A stretch of 59,914 nucleotides of DNA, counting the filler. It is 5 parts of 5 records of this genome, joined end to end, with 100 filler letters (N's around TTAATTAATTAA, not from the genome) between each part and the next. Parts side by side here need not be neighbours in the genome. Positions count along the whole stretch, not along the records: positions 53,554 to 59,914 come from SRR20825006_2272; 4 more parts are not named here. One strand, given 5' to 3'. The notes below the pieces were generated by a model. That model worked only from the letters and a program-made list of their open reading frames with translations. It made no database searches and was not told where the DNA came from. The translations under genes were made by a program, and so were the position numbers. This document shows positions 58,439-59,914 of this stretch, in pieces (positions within the stretch are counted from its first letter, which is position 1; every line of letters begins with the position of its first letter).

Positions 58439-59230
58439 TTATAAATCTTCTGCATTTGCAATCATTTCTGCAACATCCAAAACTTGAACATTGTCTTCTG
58501 CGTGTTTAGCTTTAACGCCATCGGTTAGCATTGTATTGCAAAAAGGACATCCCGCAGCAATAATTTTTGGAGCAACCTCTAAAGCTTCTTCTGTTCTTTC
58601 CACATTTATGTCTTTATCACCAGCTTCTGGTTCTTTAAACATTTGTGCTCCACCAGCGCCACAACAAAGGCCACGGGTTTTACAACGTTTCATTTCTATT
58701 AGTTCTACTTCTAGTTTTCTAAGTAATTCACGCGGGGCTTCATATTCACCATTTGCTCTTCCTAAATAACATGGATCGTGAAATGTGATTCTTTTTCCTT
58801 TGAATTTTCCTCCTTCTATTTTTAATCTTCCTTCTTCTACTAACGATTTTAGGAATTGTGTATGATGCACAACTTCATAATTGCCGCCAAGGCCAGGATA
58901 TTCATTTTTTATAGTGTTGAAGCAATGTGGGCAAGCGGTTACTATTTTTTTAATTTCATAGCCGTTTAGCACTTCAATATTTGTCATTGCTTGCATTTGA
59001 AACAAAAACTCATTTCCTGCTCTTTTTGCGGGATCTCCAGTACAGCTTTCTTCAGTCCCTAAAACAGCGAAATCTATATTTGCTTTGTTAAGTAACTTTA
59101 CAAATGCTTTGGTAATTTTTTTTGCACGGTCGTCAAAACTCCCTGAGCAACCTACCCAAAAAAGCACTTCAGGCTTTTTGCCTTGTGCCATATATTCGGC
59201 CATTGTTGGGACTTTTATTGCTTCACTCAT
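58439..59230 (-). CDS. Fe-S oxidoreductase subunit, two CCG domains (HdrD/GlpC-like)
   Basis: WVGC, ESCTG, ACPHC, HDPCYLGR, CCGAGG, GCPFC. Confidence 0.9.
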   Translation of the reverse strand: MSEAIKVPTMAEYMAQGKKPEVLFWVGCSGSFDDRAKKITKAFVKLLNKANIDFAVLGTEESCTGDPAKRAGNEFLFQMQAMTNIEVLNGYEIKKIVTACPHCFNTIKNEYPGLGGNYEVVHHTQFLKSLVEEGRLKIEGGKFKGKRITFHDPCYLGRANGEYEAPRELLRKLEVELIEMKRCKTRGLCCGAGGAQMFKEPEAGDKDINVERTEEALEVAPKIIAAGCPFCNTMLTDGVKAKHAEDNVQVLDVAEMIANAEDL

Positions 59231-59288
59231 ATTCTATATTTCAAATTTTAATTGAAGAGCTTAATTTCAGCGCTTCGAAATTTTATGA

Positions 59289-59723
59289 CTAATCTTCAAA
59301 TACTTTTATTTTTACTTGTTTCTCTATTAAATCGGTAAATTTACCTTTATAACGGGTTGCTTTAACTAAGTGGTTGTCAATCCAATGATAATTTCCACCG
59401 CGTGGTTTACCCATTAACATACTGTGATACTTAAAACCGTGTTTATTAAGCCAGGTTTCAGTTACTTCACGATGCGCTTCTGTTCGTGATGTGAAAAAAC
59501 AAATAATATGACCTTCGTCATACCATTTATTTAATGTTTTTAAGGCATCAGGAAATGGCTCACAGGTTACCATTCTTTCAGGTTCCTCGTTTGGAACATC
59601 TTCTGTAATGGTACCATCAATATCAATTAAATAGTTTTTTATTCCTTCAGGAAGAATTGGGCTAACGTGTTCGCCTTTTTCTACTTTATTGTGCAGTATT
59701 CTATCAACTTCTTCTTTTTTCAT
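59289..59723 (-). CDS. Small HAD-superfamily phosphatase-like protein
   Basis: YLIDIDGTI (DxDGT), FFTSR, MGKP, WIDN; start MKKEEV at 59723. Confidence 0.8.
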   Translation of the reverse strand: MKKEEVDRILHNKVEKGEHVSPILPEGIKNYLIDIDGTITEDVPNEEPERMVTCEPFPDALKTLNKWYDEGHIICFFTSRTEAHREVTETWLNKHGFKYHSMLMGKPRGGNYHWIDNHLVKATRYKGKFTDLIEKQVKIKVFED

Positions 59724-59776
59724 GTTCAATTATTACCGCTTTTATTTAATTAATATTAATTGTAAAGAATTATTAT

Positions 59777-59914
59777 TTAATTCTCATCTTTCCAATTTAA
59801 ACGATCCATTTGGTTGTATGGCCATGGTGCGCCATTATTTTCAATATTTGTCATTGAAACATTCAACTCGGTTGGTGCCGCAGACTGTTCCATCACTAAA
59901 TACTGACGCATATC
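59777..59914 (-). CDS. 4Fe-4S oxidoreductase membrane subunit, C-terminal fragment
   Basis: Manual translation DMRQYLVMEQSAAPTELNVSMTNIENNGAPWPYNQMDRLNWKDEN*. Confidence 0.75.
   Translation of the reverse strand, partial: DMRQYLVMEQSAAPTELNVSMTNIENNGAPWPYNQMDRLNWKDEN

Noticed and set aside
1-59914. CRISPR array, cas genes, prophage, transposase or integrase
   Set aside because: No regularly spaced repeats and no ORF with such motifs seen

Overview
The window is not one replicon. It is five unrelated contigs joined by artificial 100-bp linkers (N44-TTAATTAATTAA-N44) at 14103-14202, 38879-38978, 43992-44091 and 53454-53553. Contig A (1-14102, AT-rich Flavobacteriaceae) carries core genes from lepA to rnr; its 730-bp rpiB-rnr intergenic region looks like oriC. 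Contig B (14203-38878, a somewhat higher-GC Flavobacteriaceae) carries core genes (fabI, coaE, RprXY-like two-component system, miaA, yggS, hbd, phoH, purC). It ends in an accessory tail: an AraC-thioredoxin-CMD redox cluster, then co-oriented genes separated by attC-like repeats. Contig C (38979-43991, GC-rich gammaproteobacterium, Marinobacter-like) runs from the 3' end of 5S rRNA through acyl-CoA synthetase, birA, coaX and a SPOR protein to a tRNA; the 5S 3' end is duplicated around a highly structured insert. Contig D (44092-53453, very AT-rich Flavobacteriaceae) is an ECF sigma/FecR/SusC/SusD locus whose only enzyme is a double-domain glycerophosphodiester phosphodiesterase. It is bounded by an exact 29-bp terminal direct repeat and has no integrase. 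Contig E (53554-59914, Flavobacteriaceae) carries bshA, a GH3/serine-hydrolase fusion and Fe-S oxidoreductase genes. The best candidates for undescribed biology are the repeat-bounded phosphodiester-utilisation module (D), the attC-like cassette array (end of B) and the 5S-associated structured element (C). Products and taxa were assigned by motif recognition only; no database searches were run.
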